Below are positions 9,975 to 20,794 of a stretch of DNA of 64,000 bases, one piece after another. The notes under the pieces are model-generated. The model did not search any database, was not told the origin of the DNA, and saw only the letters and a list, made by a program, of their open reading frames with translations. Numbering within the stretch: the stretch's first letter is position 1; each line of letters opens with the position of its first letter. Location: the IMG/VR virus record IMGVR_UViG_3300033068_001847, positions 120,210-184,209 of that record, one strand, 5' to 3'. The position numbers were made by a program, and so were the translations under genes. Source of the stretch: a virus (Duplodnaviria > Caudoviricetes).

Positions 9975-11627
9975 TTAGAACAATGGATCTGCCCATACAG
10001 TCAGACCATCAACTAATAATTTACCATAGAACCTGTTGTTTACGAGCTTCTTAGCGTAACGTGTTTGGATACCACGAACGTTTTTGAAATCGAATGGATT
10101 AACCATTACAGGGGTTAATTGCATAGGCACGTATGGTGCGTAGATATAACCTGATTCTAAGATAGAAGAACCTTTGTGTCCGATTAGGATAGTATTAGAC
10201 GGAGCGTATGGATCACGGTATACTGTGTAACGTCCACCTAAAGTACCAACTTTCTCGATACCCATGTTGTATTTATCTTCTTCAGGACCTGCATTTGAAA
10301 CGTGGAAATATTCCAAGTCATCAAGAACCGCAGAAACTTCAGGAGAAACAACTATCCAAGATGCACCACCACGTAAAGTAGATTTGTGAATCTGAGCAGA
10401 TATTTGGTTAATCTTAGTTAACAATGTTTGATTCCAATCTTTCTGAGTACCGTAGTAAGTAGTAGATTGATTTCTTAAACCATTGTAATCCCAACGAGCA
10501 GTCCAAGCAGCACCAGCACGTAAGTCACGAAGGATCTCACGGTCAATTTCAGCAGCAACTTGCTCTGATAATAAAGCTGTTAATTCAGCTTCAGCATCAA
10601 TGTTTTGGAACGCTGAAACGTCTTGTGCAAGTTCAGGAGTCCACTGTGCTCTCATTTTACGAGATGTAACAGATACAGTTACTTCTTCAAGCTCGAACGT
10701 TACTTCAGCCATTTCAGAGTTTTCCTCTAATCTGTCGTAGTTTTTGTAAGTAGCCATGAATACTGGAGTACCTGTAATCGGAATTAAAGCACCGTAACCA
10801 TCAGCAGAAGGAGTTGATAAATCAATCTCAATTGTTAATGCACCACTAACTGGATTAGCAATCGCTTTACCATAAACTTGTGACTTAACACGGTAAGGTA
10901 AAGAAGTTGTGTTACCCGGAGCAACAGAAACTGCACCACCTGCAACTGAAGTACCTGTGAAAGTAACACCAGTTTGGTAGATTTGTAATGATGCTAAGAA
11001 AGCTTCAGTATCTACTAATTCACCTTCAGCGTTGATTAAACGACCTTGAGTAGTAGTAGAGATGTTAGGTACGATTGCAGTGATGAACTTGTCACCAGCA
11101 GTGTAAGAAACACCTGATAATGCAACTACAGTAGCAGTAGCTTTACCTTTAGAACGATCATAGTTACCAGCGTTAACACCGTAGAAATCGGTATTACCAT
11201 AATATGCTTCATATAATGAACGAGTCTCGAACTGAGTTCTTGAATTATCACTAAATGCGTTTTCGTAAGCACCATCAGGAGTTGTTTGTGTAGTTGAAAT
11301 CTTAGGGTTTAAGAAGAATAACTTACCAATAGGTAAAGATAATGCTTGAACCGAAACGATATCGTTAGCTAACAACTTAGAGAATACTCTACGAATAATT
11401 GGGAATGCAACTGTTTCGAATGAACCGTTAGAACCAGCAGTGTCTGTTGATTCGTTGATCATGTACGCAGCCTGATTCTCGAATAATTGTGCAATGTTGT
11501 CCCTAACGTGACCGTTAAGACCATCAAGCAAACCTAAACCACCCCATTTTTCAGAGATCATTTTTCTGTCCTCTTTCAGACGATTAAGTGAAATGTTACC
11601 AACTTCACCAGATTTTAAAATACTCAT
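9975..11627 (-). CDS. Major capsid protein, T4 gp23-like
   Basis: FPIIRRVF, IVSVQAL, RKMRAQWTPELAQD, EIDREI, YAPYVP and TRYA motifs. Confidence 0.97.
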   Translation of the reverse strand: MSILKSGEVGNISLNRLKEDRKMISEKWGGLGLLDGLNGHVRDNIAQLFENQAAYMINESTDTAGSNGSFETVAFPIIRRVFSKLLANDIVSVQALSLPIGKLFFLNPKISTTQTTPDGAYENAFSDNSRTQFETRSLYEAYYGNTDFYGVNAGNYDRSKGKATATVVALSGVSYTAGDKFITAIVPNISTTTQGRLINAEGELVDTEAFLASLQIYQTGVTFTGTSVAGGAVSVAPGNTTSLPYRVKSQVYGKAIANPVSGALTIEIDLSTPSADGYGALIPITGTPVFMATYKNYDRLEENSEMAEVTFELEEVTVSVTSRKMRAQWTPELAQDVSAFQNIDAEAELTALLSEQVAAEIDREILRDLRAGAAWTARWDYNGLRNQSTTYYGTQKDWNQTLLTKINQISAQIHKSTLRGGASWIVVSPEVSAVLDDLEYFHVSNAGPEEDKYNMGIEKVGTLGGRYTVYRDPYAPSNTILIGHKGSSILESGYIYAPYVPMQLTPVMVNPFDFKNVRGIQTRYAKKLVNNRFYGKLLVDGLTVWADPLF

Positions 11628-11663
11628 TTTATTTTTTGTTTGTTTTATTTGTTTTTATATGAA

Positions 11664-12950
11664 TTATTTTCTATAATTCATGATTTCTTTAACCCTATCA
11701 ATTCTCGCTTCTAATTCAGTTTTAACTGGACTAACCGATTCTAATAAAGGTTCACCTGTACCATTAAGAGTGCTTCCTATTTTTTGATCTACTGACTCTT
11801 TAATGGTTGTTTGCTTCATTTCAGTAGAAATAGTTTTGTAAAGTGTTTTAACATCTTTTTGATCAGTGATTGTATCAGAATCAAAACGTTCTAATATTGA
11901 TTTCTTCTCATCAGTTGTTGTTGCGTGTTCACAAAATATTTTGTTTACATATGCTAACTTGCTATTAAATAATGCTACGTTTTCTAAATTTTCTTTCATT
12001 AAACGCAAAGCGTCTTTATGTTTATCAAGATCAGTTTTCAAAGTTTCATTTTCAGTAATCAATTTTGCGTTTGTATCTTTCAATACTTGTGCTTCAGTGA
12101 TCAACACTTTATCAGTAGCAGATTTTTTTTCTTCGTTTACTGCTGGTCGAAGTCTATTTGAAGCGTATTTGTAAAATCCTTCAGGTTTTCTTGTCATGTT
12201 GCGACCATCAGCGTGTGTCCTTGCAACTTCTTCAATAGGTTGTTCTTCTTCTAATGGTATTGGTGCTTCAGCAGCAGCAGGAATATCCGCTTCAACTTCT
12301 TCTTCCATTACTATTTCGAAGATTGCTCCACCTTGCTCATCATGAGATGGTTCAGTAGGTTTATCATCTAAGAATGAATATTTGTCACCTTGATCACCAA
12401 ATTGTGCTTCAAAGTTTTCAAATTCTTCATTTATTAATTTTTCATTTTCGGTTAGTTTGATTAATAACTCTTCACCGTTTGCGTTAACATTTATAGATCC
12501 ATCATCATTTTTTACTACTTGGATCTCTGCATCATCACCTAATTTTTTCCAAACTGTAAGAAGTTCATCATCAGATGCACCTGTTAAGTCTAAAGTATCA
12601 TCAGATGGTTCGCCTGACATTGCTGGAACTTCAACTGCTGGTTCATCACCTAACATTGGTTCTTCGCTACCCATATCAACTGAAGCATCAGCTTCTGGAG
12701 ATTCATCATCTACTGTTGGTTCTTCTAAAGAAGGTTCATCAACAATTGGTTCAGATGTAGGTTCATCAGAAATAGGTGTTTCTGCTGGTTCATTTTCTTT
12801 ATCATCATCCATGTCGATAGCTTCACTGATATTTTGATCTATCTCAGGCTTCATTTGATTATATAGCATATCTTTAGCATTCTCAGTTACTACCCTTAGA
12901 ATTTCTTCACTTTCTAATAAAGCTTGTTCTAATGCTGATTTCTTTGTCAT
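11664..12950 (-). CDS. Prohead core/scaffold protein (gp22-like)
   Basis: Acidic and coiled-coil; lies between protease and MCP; many L/I-x-E potential cleavage sites. Confidence 0.75.
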   Translation of the reverse strand: MTKKSALEQALLESEEILRVVTENAKDMLYNQMKPEIDQNISEAIDMDDDKENEPAETPISDEPTSEPIVDEPSLEEPTVDDESPEADASVDMGSEEPMLGDEPAVEVPAMSGEPSDDTLDLTGASDDELLTVWKKLGDDAEIQVVKNDDGSINVNANGEELLIKLTENEKLINEEFENFEAQFGDQGDKYSFLDDKPTEPSHDEQGGAIFEIVMEEEVEADIPAAAEAPIPLEEEQPIEEVARTHADGRNMTRKPEGFYKYASNRLRPAVNEEKKSATDKVLITEAQVLKDTNAKLITENETLKTDLDKHKDALRLMKENLENVALFNSKLAYVNKIFCEHATTTDEKKSILERFDSDTITDQKDVKTLYKTISTEMKQTTIKESVDQKIGSTLNGTGEPLLESVSPVKTELEARIDRVKEIMNYRK

Positions 12951-13011
12951 ATTGTTATAATTAAATATTATTTTTTTCTATAAATAGTATAGATTTATAG
13001 AAATGTCATTT

Positions 13012-13728
13012 TTATTGTAAAAAATTTTTTAATTTCTTAAATAAAACTGGTTCTACTATAGTAGTAATCTCTTGGCTTTCGTTAATTTTAACATCACTTT
13101 GAGGATATAGGAATGCTCCCGGAGTTGATGGAGAAGAAACTAAATCATAACAAATCATTTCAAAATCTGATTGAACAGTATTCTTACCATATATATTTTT
13201 AAGAGATCCAACACCTCTTGAAGAAATACCTAACTTTGCACCCTTAGATAAAAGGAATGCGATATAATCACCTTGAGTAGTAATAATACCACTATCATGA
13301 TAACTCTTAGAAGTTAATATTTCTAAAACACCCATTAATGTATTACCTTCCCACCAAGTCTTTACAACCCTGTGTGAGATATCATCTTTCTTTAAAGAAA
13401 TGAAAGCATAGTCAGGGTGATTACTTTCACCAAATGCTCTACCTTCATTTATTAATGTTTGATATTTTTTATCTTCTCTAACTAAAAGTTCTCTTGGATA
13501 ATATCTACCATTTCTGTTTTCAGTATCACATTTTTGAAGAATACAATTCATGAAAACTGAATAATCTTTTTTATCCTTATCAAAAGATTCCTTATCTTCA
13601 AATTCTTTCAATAATTCTTTTTGTTGCATATCAAGAGATACAACACCACTACATGATGAAGTATTCCATTCACATATAACACCGAAACCCTCTTCGCTTT
13701 CCGTTAATAGTTTTAAGGTTTTATACAT
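13012..13728 (-). CDS. Prohead protease, T4 gp21-like
   Basis: NRNGRYYP, GESNHP, ISH, GISSRGVGS and DLVSSPSTPGA. Confidence 0.93.
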   Translation of the reverse strand: MYKTLKLLTESEEGFGVICEWNTSSCSGVVSLDMQQKELLKEFEDKESFDKDKKDYSVFMNCILQKCDTENRNGRYYPRELLVREDKKYQTLINEGRAFGESNHPDYAFISLKKDDISHRVVKTWWEGNTLMGVLEILTSKSYHDSGIITTQGDYIAFLLSKGAKLGISSRGVGSLKNIYGKNTVQSDFEMICYDLVSSPSTPGAFLYPQSDVKINESQEITTIVEPVLFKKLKNFLQ

Positions 13729-14194
13729 TTTCTTTAGTATCAGTTTTAATTTTTTTAGTCATTGCTAAGATGTGTTCTTTTATAAAGAACCATATTTTTG
13801 TATCAGTAATTAATTCGATGTTTTCTATAATACTTTTTGTTTCTCTCGTACATATTAATGCAGCGAATAAGAACATAATATTTACTAAATCTTTAGCTAT
13901 ATGATGTTGTAGAACGTACATCACGATCACTCCTAATGCATATAATATTACCTTAGTAATACTATCAGCCATTCTTTTGGATGTAATAGGTTCTTTTGTT
14001 TTTATACACTTCCAAATACCTGTTATGAAATCTATAACTAGAAGGAATTGGATAACACCAATCATCTCATAAGTAGGAACTAGATATATAGTAAAAGACC
14101 ATATAGTAAACTTTTCTATATTGGTTAATAAGAATTTAAATAGAGCAGATAACGAGTATTCCAATTTGTTGTTTAGTGTAATTATACTTTTCAT
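13721..14194 (-). CDS. Holin (phage holin 4/TcpE-like family)
   Basis: Three hydrophobic segments; DFITGIWK...ITSKRM...E-x-x-SIIEN. Confidence 0.75.
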   Translation of the reverse strand: MKSIITLNNKLEYSLSALFKFLLTNIEKFTIWSFTIYLVPTYEMIGVIQFLLVIDFITGIWKCIKTKEPITSKRMADSITKVILYALGVIVMYVLQHHIAKDLVNIMFLFAALICTRETKSIIENIELITDTKIWFFIKEHILAMTKKIKTDTKENV

Positions 14195-14358
14195 TAGGAT
14201 TTATTATTAATCAAATCAATTCAGGTCTTTTACCTCTATAAATACTTTAATATTTAAATTATGTACCTTTTCTATATAAAAAACTTGCTATTTTTCAATA
14301 TTGATTTATACTTGTATTTAAGTAATAAAAATATTTAACCAAATAAAAAAAAATAGAA

Positions 14359-14586
14359 ATGAGTAGCAGTAGCACAAAGTATTACAAAGTGATTGTAAAG
14401 ATTTTCACTGAAGAATTAAGTAAAAAGGGTATGTCCGTAACTAAAGAACGTAAACATGAATTTGTTATTGAAGCTGTCACTGTTGGTGATGCTGAAACAA
14501 AGGCAAATGATTGGATGAAGGGTTCTGTGGACGAATTTGAGGTTTTTTCCGTTACGGAAACTAAAATTGAAGCAGTTGTGAAATAA
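14359..14586 (+). CDS. DUF4494-like protein (Bacteroidota family)
   Basis: YxVxVK...E-x-FVIEAxTVxDAE...FEV.SV.ETKI; TATACTTG promoter at 14307-14314. Confidence 0.7.
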   Translation: MSSSSTKYYKVIVKIFTEELSKKGMSVTKERKHEFVIEAVTVGDAETKANDWMKGSVDEFEVFSVTETKIEAVVK

Positions 14587-14591
14587 AGTGG

Positions 14592-15077
14592 GTGAAATCA
14601 GGTAAAGAGTTAACATTAAAAGTTAAAAACAAAAATTTTAAAGTAAAATATGGTGCAGTAATTAATTATAAATCACCAGTAAGTGTTTATTTAAAAATTA
14701 CTTCATGGTTGAGGGTTAAGGATAAAATTTTAAACCTTGACTCTCTTCTTAAGGAGTACAGAATGGAATTAAGAAAATATCTTAAATCCTCAGAGTTGGT
14801 ATTGAATCATTTTGATTATAATACAATAATTGATATTGATATATCAGAAACCAGAGTCAAGGTAGATAAGCCAACTTTTTTCCAATTAGAATTTAACTTT
14901 TATCAAAAAAATAGTAAAAACTTATTACCACTAGTTCAACCAAAAAGAAAAAATATCGAAAACTTAAAACCTGTTATTGAAGAAATAACTGAAGATATTT
15001 TAAATATGGGTTTGTTCAAAACCCATAGTAACTTTGATTATCAATATAGTAAACTAGATGACGGAGAAGGAAATTGA
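14592..15077 (+). CDS. Conserved hypothetical phage protein
   Basis: ORF with GTG start, followed by a terminator. Confidence 0.55.
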   Translation: MKSGKELTLKVKNKNFKVKYGAVINYKSPVSVYLKITSWLRVKDKILNLDSLLKEYRMELRKYLKSSELVLNHFDYNTIIDIDISETRVKVDKPTFFQLEFNFYQKNSKNLLPLVQPKRKNIENLKPVIEEITEDILNMGLFKTHSNFDYQYSKLDDGEGN

Positions 15078-15079
15078 AG

Positions 15080-15109
15080 AAAGGTAAGATTAACTCTTAC
15101 CTTTTTTTT
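15080..15109. terminator. Terminator between convergent genes (likely bidirectional)
   Basis: AAAGGTAAGA-ttaac-TCTTACCTTT followed by a T-run. Confidence 0.75.
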
Positions 15110-15866
15110 ATGATGTAAAATCTTTTTGTAAATTGATGAGATCAACGTAGTCTGTGATTCTAAGCTCAGAATTGTATTTTAATTTATTTAATTTTTCTTC
15201 AGTAAGAACGAGTAAATTCTCTAATGACTCATCTTCGCTTTCAGCTAATAAACGTTTAACTAGTTTCTTAGTCTCAGAAATTAATTCATTATAATGTTCT
15301 TTTTTACTGGATTCATCTTTCTTTAGGAAAGCTTTTAATATACCTTGTTCTCTTTCATTAAAAAAAGAATATTTTTCATTTAAGATTTCAATAGCTCTGT
15401 TAACAACAGTAACATCTACTTTTTTAACTTCTTCCTTGATAACTTCTTCTTTAACTAAAGTAGAAGCTACGGTATTAAATAATTCAGCTTTTTTATGTAA
15501 GTTACTTAACTTCCTATCTTTAGTGGATTCTAAAATTAATTCAAACAATTTATCCTCAACCACTTCACCCGTATGTTCTTTTAGAGTTGATTTAATTTCG
15601 TTAGTTGCTGAAATAATATCTTTTTTACTGAACGAACCAAATGAAAATAAATTCTCATTTAAAAAGATTTCAGCAGTATCCTTATCTGTAAACGTAGTAT
15701 TTTCCACGTTACTGTACACTGCATATAATGTTTTTAAAATAGGTGATTTCTTTACCTCATTCAAAAAACCTTTATATACAGATGTCAATTGTTGATCACC
15801 AGTGTTATAACTTTCGAAAATAATACGGGTAACTGAATCTTTTATAGTTTTAAAATTGTTTTCCAT
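15108..15866 (-). CDS. Head-module protein (helical, unknown function)
   Basis: Directly downstream of portal; TATTTAT at 15872-15878. Confidence 0.6.
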   Translation of the reverse strand: MENNFKTIKDSVTRIIFESYNTGDQQLTSVYKGFLNEVKKSPILKTLYAVYSNVENTTFTDKDTAEIFLNENLFSFGSFSKKDIISATNEIKSTLKEHTGEVVEDKLFELILESTKDRKLSNLHKKAELFNTVASTLVKEEVIKEEVKKVDVTVVNRAIEILNEKYSFFNEREQGILKAFLKKDESSKKEHYNELISETKKLVKRLLAESEDESLENLLVLTEEKLNKLKYNSELRITDYVDLINLQKDFTS

Positions 15867-15880
15867 TCCTTATAAATATC

Positions 15881-17680
15881 TTACTCTTTTAATAGTTTAT
15901 TAACATTATCTATATTTTTGTTAATATTTTCACTTAATAAAGTATTTCTTTCCTGTAAATTTCCCCCATCTGCTGGTATATCTGGTAAATCACCACCAGC
16001 AGCACCCATATCAGGCATAGCAGATCCACCCATTGGAGTAGGAGGTAAACCATTTGGATCAGCTTCACCACCTTCAGGATTTTCTAAACTATTGTTTGCG
16101 TTGTTCTCAGTGTTATCTGTATACCTTTTATCTAAATTATCAAAGATTCCGCTATTTATATTTTTGGAAGCCAACACTTCTGGAGTGTTACGTATTGCTT
16201 CGGCTCTTTCTATTCGTTGTTGTTGTAATGTTAATTTAATTTCATCATCAGATTTACCAAGAATTTGTTTTGAAGCTTCAGTGAATGACATTGGAGCAAA
16301 ACCACCATCACCAATAGGGGTAACAGCTTTGATAAATGTATCTAATTTAACACCTAAAATTTCTAACTTAAGCATTTCTGCTTGTGATGACGGATTAGCT
16401 AATGCTAAACTGAAGTTCATAACCTCATCTTCGAATCCTAATAAATACAAGTGAATGATAGCAATTTTATTAAGCTCCATTAACATAGCTTGTTGGATTC
16501 TGTTAATTGTTCTAGCAAATCTAACATCCTGCATCGAAAGGTTTTTACCATCACCAGCAGCTTCACTAAATCCTAAAAAAGTTTTAGGTACACGTAAACC
16601 AGAGAATAGTTTATTTTGTAAGTGCTCGATATCACCAATCTCAGATAAGTTTGAAGCTCCCTGTAAGGTATCAATTACAGTACCATTTTGTTGATTTCTA
16701 ATAGGAAGGAAATAATCCTCATCCTGAGTCAACATATTATACCTAAAATCTAATTGACCATTTATTTGATTTACTTGTGAAGTTTTCTTGAATTTATTTG
16801 CAATCTTCTGTACGTAATTCTCAACATCATCAGGATCTATATTACCCACATCAATTTTGAATACTCTTCGTTCAGGTGCTCTTGAAATACGATAAACCAT
16901 CATTGCATCTTCTGCAAGGGATAACATCTTCCAAATTTTTCTAACACAATCTAAAACCGATGTACCGTATGGTAATTTTTTATCATCACCAATTAACCTA
17001 AAGTGAGCAATTTGCCATTCACTGAAAGTTTCATTACTTTGTTTCCATTCAAATTTTACGTGATCAGTTTCATTCTTGTTATCAATATTCTTAACATTAT
17101 TAAAGTAATTACCTTCAATTCTATTAATTTCAAGGTTCTTCATTTGAACAGCCTTGGTAATACCTTTTCCTTCTTCAGTTCTTAAATAAACGAAGTTATC
17201 ACCATATTTACACACATTACGTGTCCAAGCTGGTAGTGTAACATTGATTTGAAGGATATTATTGAATAGGTGTTCTAGTATATTTTTTATTCTCTCAGAA
17301 CTTGATCGGATTTCCAACATCTTACCTGAATCAAATAAACAGGTAGATTCCTCTGCCATAATATTTAATGCAGCAGCGATCTCTGGATAGAATTCCATTT
17401 GTTCATAATCAATATATGAAGCCATTCTAGTGGATTCATAATATACTGATTTTTGATAAGCATCATTACTTATCTTTTTGTATTGATCGCCCTGAAATTT
17501 TTGTTGTTGTCTTTTTAATAACTCAGCTTCATATTCCTCTCTACTTGTGAATACACTATTAGCGGGTTGCTGAGGTTCTAATAACCCATCAATATCAGAT
17601 TTCTCTAAAGCCATTGGATTTACCGCACCGCCTAAGATCTTACCTAATTTGTTCCAAGTACTTTGTTTTTTATCAGCCAT
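15881..17680 (-). CDS. Portal protein, T4 gp20-like
   Basis: EDAMMVYRISRAPERRVFKIDVGN, EDYFLP, IDTLQGA and LRVPK. Confidence 0.96.
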   Translation of the reverse strand: MADKKQSTWNKLGKILGGAVNPMALEKSDIDGLLEPQQPANSVFTSREEYEAELLKRQQQKFQGDQYKKISNDAYQKSVYYESTRMASYIDYEQMEFYPEIAAALNIMAEESTCLFDSGKMLEIRSSSERIKNILEHLFNNILQINVTLPAWTRNVCKYGDNFVYLRTEEGKGITKAVQMKNLEINRIEGNYFNNVKNIDNKNETDHVKFEWKQSNETFSEWQIAHFRLIGDDKKLPYGTSVLDCVRKIWKMLSLAEDAMMVYRISRAPERRVFKIDVGNIDPDDVENYVQKIANKFKKTSQVNQINGQLDFRYNMLTQDEDYFLPIRNQQNGTVIDTLQGASNLSEIGDIEHLQNKLFSGLRVPKTFLGFSEAAGDGKNLSMQDVRFARTINRIQQAMLMELNKIAIIHLYLLGFEDEVMNFSLALANPSSQAEMLKLEILGVKLDTFIKAVTPIGDGGFAPMSFTEASKQILGKSDDEIKLTLQQQRIERAEAIRNTPEVLASKNINSGIFDNLDKRYTDNTENNANNSLENPEGGEADPNGLPPTPMGGSAMPDMGAAGGDLPDIPADGGNLQERNTLLSENINKNIDNVNKLLKE

Positions 17681-17728
17681 TTATAACCAAAAAATTAATA
17701 TATTTAATCTCACTTATAAATAGTATCG

Positions 17729-19396
17729 TTATTTAAATAACCAAGAATTATCATTTAATTCATTAGGATTTACTGGACTAACACCAAAATTAGGTCTAGT
17801 AGTACCCTGAACACCCCATGCATTTAGCATTGCTAATGTTTGGGCATTGAATCTCTTTACATTTCTAAATGAGTTATGAAAAACAAATAGTAACATTGCT
17901 ACAGCAATTAATAAATCATCATGATATCCTCTCATGTGATCTGCTTTACCGTTGATCCATACAAATGTTCTAAGTTCTTCGATTAATCGTTTACTTCTTA
18001 TTTTAATGTGTCCTTCCCTTATAGCTAATTCTAAAGCTTGAATAGCTAATGTTCTGTTCGGACCAATAATAAATCCGGGAATTAAAGTATCAGATTTCTT
18101 ATATTTACTCATCTGACTTTTAAGAACATTATTCTTATTTGAATCTGAATAAAATAAGTATGGATAATTTAAGTCACATAGTTTGATTACAGTAGCTTGA
18201 CCCATACCACCTGTAATATCGACAATAGCTAAAGCCTGATATTTAAGTCCGATTTCATTAATCATTACACCTAACATATCAGGAGGTACTTTACCATGCC
18301 ATTCCGCAGCTTGCTCTCCTGTATCAACATTGAAAATTTCAATACTAGAAAAGTCATCACTATCACCACGAGAAACATCCGCAGCTAAAAGATACTGTTG
18401 ATTCTCTTGTGGTTCTTCCCATGTCCATAAATTATTATCAAAGAAACCACTACTCTTAGGTAGACATGTTAATGCTTCCTGTACTTTTATATATTCTTCA
18501 CCAAATACGTTATCACCAGATCCTAGGAACGAACAATTTAACTCTTGTGCTATTTTACGTTGATCACCATTATAAGTACGACACATTTTAACATACCATG
18601 CTGATGATGGCATATAACCCTCTTTGATCAATCTTTTAACGTCAGCAAAGTCCCATGTACCGTTATCTAATTTTTTAGGTATAATTGTTTGGTCACCGAA
18701 TTTTAAAGTCAGATCTTTATTGAATCGTGGATCTTGCCACCAGTTCATTTCAAAAATCTTAAAGTCATTATCGTTTTTTAACGAAGCTTGATATGTCTTA
18801 TAATATAAAGCATCTAAACCATTCGGTGTAGAAATGAAGATAGCACCACCCCCTGTTGATAATGATGCAGCAGCCGAAGTCCAAAGCTCATCACCTTTCT
18901 CGATAAAGGCTGCTTCATCCATCACTAATAGGGTAGGGGTATAACCCCGCATAGCATCTTCGGAAGTTGCAGTAGCCTTAGCTCCAGATTTATTTGTTAA
19001 TTCGAATTCACTAATGTTATTAGTGTCACCATAATCAATATCTAACCAAGCTGGTCTTGAATCAATGTAACTCCTAATTTTTTTAATAAATTCATTGGCA
19101 GTGCTTAACTTATTCGCAACAATAAGAATCTTCTGTGGTGATTCTGCTGGTGCAAACATGATTTTATGTGCACAAAAAAGAGCAGTAACAGTAGATACTC
19201 CAGCCTGACGAGGTTTAAGAACTACACTAAAAAGATGTTTTTTATAGTGAGCAAGTAAATCCTTTTGTTTAGGAAATACCTTTAACGGAACTTTTTTCTT
19301 TTGAGTTTGATCGAATGCTTCACAATATTTCTCACCGTAATAAGCTATATCGGAAAGACATTTTGCAAACTCTTGTAATACTTCTACTTTAGTCAA
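17729..19396 (-). CDS. Terminase large subunit, T4 gp17-like
   Basis: PRQAGVST (Walker A), LLVMDEAAF (Walker B), ISTPNG, ADVSRG nuclease motif, HDDL. Confidence 0.95.
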   Translation of the reverse strand: MTKVEVLQEFAKCLSDIAYYGEKYCEAFDQTQKKKVPLKVFPKQKDLLAHYKKHLFSVVLKPRQAGVSTVTALFCAHKIMFAPAESPQKILIVANKLSTANEFIKKIRSYIDSRPAWLDIDYGDTNNISEFELTNKSGAKATATSEDAMRGYTPTLLVMDEAAFIEKGDELWTSAAASLSTGGGAIFISTPNGLDALYYKTYQASLKNDNDFKIFEMNWWQDPRFNKDLTLKFGDQTIIPKKLDNGTWDFADVKRLIKEGYMPSSAWYVKMCRTYNGDQRKIAQELNCSFLGSGDNVFGEEYIKVQEALTCLPKSSGFFDNNLWTWEEPQENQQYLLAADVSRGDSDDFSSIEIFNVDTGEQAAEWHGKVPPDMLGVMINEIGLKYQALAIVDITGGMGQATVIKLCDLNYPYLFYSDSNKNNVLKSQMSKYKKSDTLIPGFIIGPNRTLAIQALELAIREGHIKIRSKRLIEELRTFVWINGKADHMRGYHDDLLIAVAMLLFVFHNSFRNVKRFNAQTLAMLNAWGVQGTTRPNFGVSPVNPNELNDNSWLFK

Positions 19397-19402
19397 AACA
19401 TT

Positions 19403-20323
19403 TTATTCACCACCTTCACCACTACCAGAACCATCAGGTTCTACTATTAGTGTATTATCTTCTTTAGAAGCATTTGTTTGATCAGGGAAATTTCTAAATC
19501 CTGATACATTTTTATAATATTTTTTAGTAAGCTTACCCATATCTTTATATCTACCAGAAGCAGCTTCTTTAACAAATAAATAAGCATTATCACCCTCGAA
19601 TACCTTATCTACTTTTTCTTTATCTTTAATAGAATAAACATATTCCATGATATCTTCTATCTTACTTTTTTCCTTGGTAACATAAACATTTAGTTTTTTA
19701 CCTTCGAATTTGTGTTTGTAAGTTATAGGTTGTTCTTCACTCAATTTTTCATCAATCAAGGATACATTCAACCCCTTATCAGTGAGTTTTTTGATATCAT
19801 TAGGGTTGGTTTTCTTATCAAGAACTACATTTCCTTCTTTATCATCAAATGCAGACATTTCTTCTTTAATCAATTGCTCTCTTAATTTTGAATATTGTTC
19901 CTCAGTAATTTTAATTTTATTCATTTGTTTTATTTGTTTTTTATATATTTCAGATAATTGTTCAATTTGATTAGTTGAAAATACTGCAACAATCGTTGGG
20001 TTAGTAACAGTAGTATTTCCAAATTTCATCGGACCACCCTTAACTAATAAAGAATCATGTCCCTTACTGATTAACTGATGTTTCCAGTTTATGAACCATT
20101 GATCATCTTTTGCATGTATACCCCTAATATCATCCCACTGCTCTGGAGATATTATTTTCGGATTATTTATTGTTATATTTACACGTTTGATATAATTACC
20201 AAACATTTCAGCGAATTCTTCACTATCACTAAACCAGATTCCAAACTTCCCCCACTTTTTTGATTTTTCTAAATTAAAATCAGCAATTTCTTCCTCACTA
20301 CCGTGAAATAAATTAAGCTTCAT
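19403..20323 (-). CDS. Fusion of an N-terminal ART-like domain and a C-terminal head-protein-like region with internal leader
   Basis: LFHGS...F...GIWFSD...AxxF...GHDSL...VAVFS; internal MNKIKITEEQYSKLREQLIKE. Confidence 0.6.
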   Translation of the reverse strand: MKLNLFHGSEEEIADFNLEKSKKWGKFGIWFSDSEEFAEMFGNYIKRVNITINNPKIISPEQWDDIRGIHAKDDQWFINWKHQLISKGHDSLLVKGGPMKFGNTTVTNPTIVAVFSTNQIEQLSEIYKKQIKQMNKIKITEEQYSKLREQLIKEEMSAFDDKEGNVVLDKKTNPNDIKKLTDKGLNVSLIDEKLSEEQPITYKHKFEGKKLNVYVTKEKSKIEDIMEYVYSIKDKEKVDKVFEGDNAYLFVKEAASGRYKDMGKLTKKYYKNVSGFRNFPDQTNASKEDNTLIVEPDGSGSGEGGE

Positions 20324-20711
20324 ATTCCATTTTAATTTTTCTAAGTTTTAATTTATCTTCAATAGCTTTGATACTTTCTCCGAAGTGAAAAACCAATCTT
20401 GGAAAATTATTAAAATCCTCATCAATGATCTCATACCCTAATGGAATAATATTATCTTTCGCATCCGCTAAACTAAAATATTGGGATTCATGAGCAACTT
20501 CTAAATTATAATCTCTGCATTTAATTAAACCTACTTTATGAATACATTGTTCATCAGGTGGATATGAATAACCATCAGCAGGAGAGATTTCCCAATTATC
20601 ACCCCAAACATCATCAAGATCAATTGAATCATTACAAAAAATAAATTCATAACTAGTATCACCTTTATAATTTGTACCTAATCTGTTTATATATATTAGT
20701 TTAAAATCCAT
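20313..20711 (-). CDS. Conserved late hypothetical protein
   Basis: TATTTAT at 20724-20730; heads the terminase transcription unit. Confidence 0.55.
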   Translation of the reverse strand: MDFKLIYINRLGTNYKGDTSYEFIFCNDSIDLDDVWGDNWEISPADGYSYPPDEQCIHKVGLIKCRDYNLEVAHESQYFSLADAKDNIIPLGYEIIDEDFNNFPRLVFHFGESIKAIEDKLKLRKIKMEYEA

Positions 20712-20740
20712 AAACCTTTTTTCATAAATACACTTAAACT

Positions 20741-20774
20741 AAAAAAAGGCATTCAGAATAAACCAAATGCCTTT
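20741..20774 (-). terminator. Rho-independent terminator
   Basis: AAAGGCATT...AATGCCTTT stem with an A-run on the left (U-tract on minus). Confidence 0.65.
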
Positions 20775-20794
20775 AAAATATATTGATAATTAAA

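Noticed and set aside
12979-12986. T4-type TATAAATA late promoters on the plus strand
   Set aside because: They would point away from the adjacent genes. Plus-strand late genes (35641, 45819) show TATTTAT instead, so the functional orientation is TATTTAT on the coding strand.
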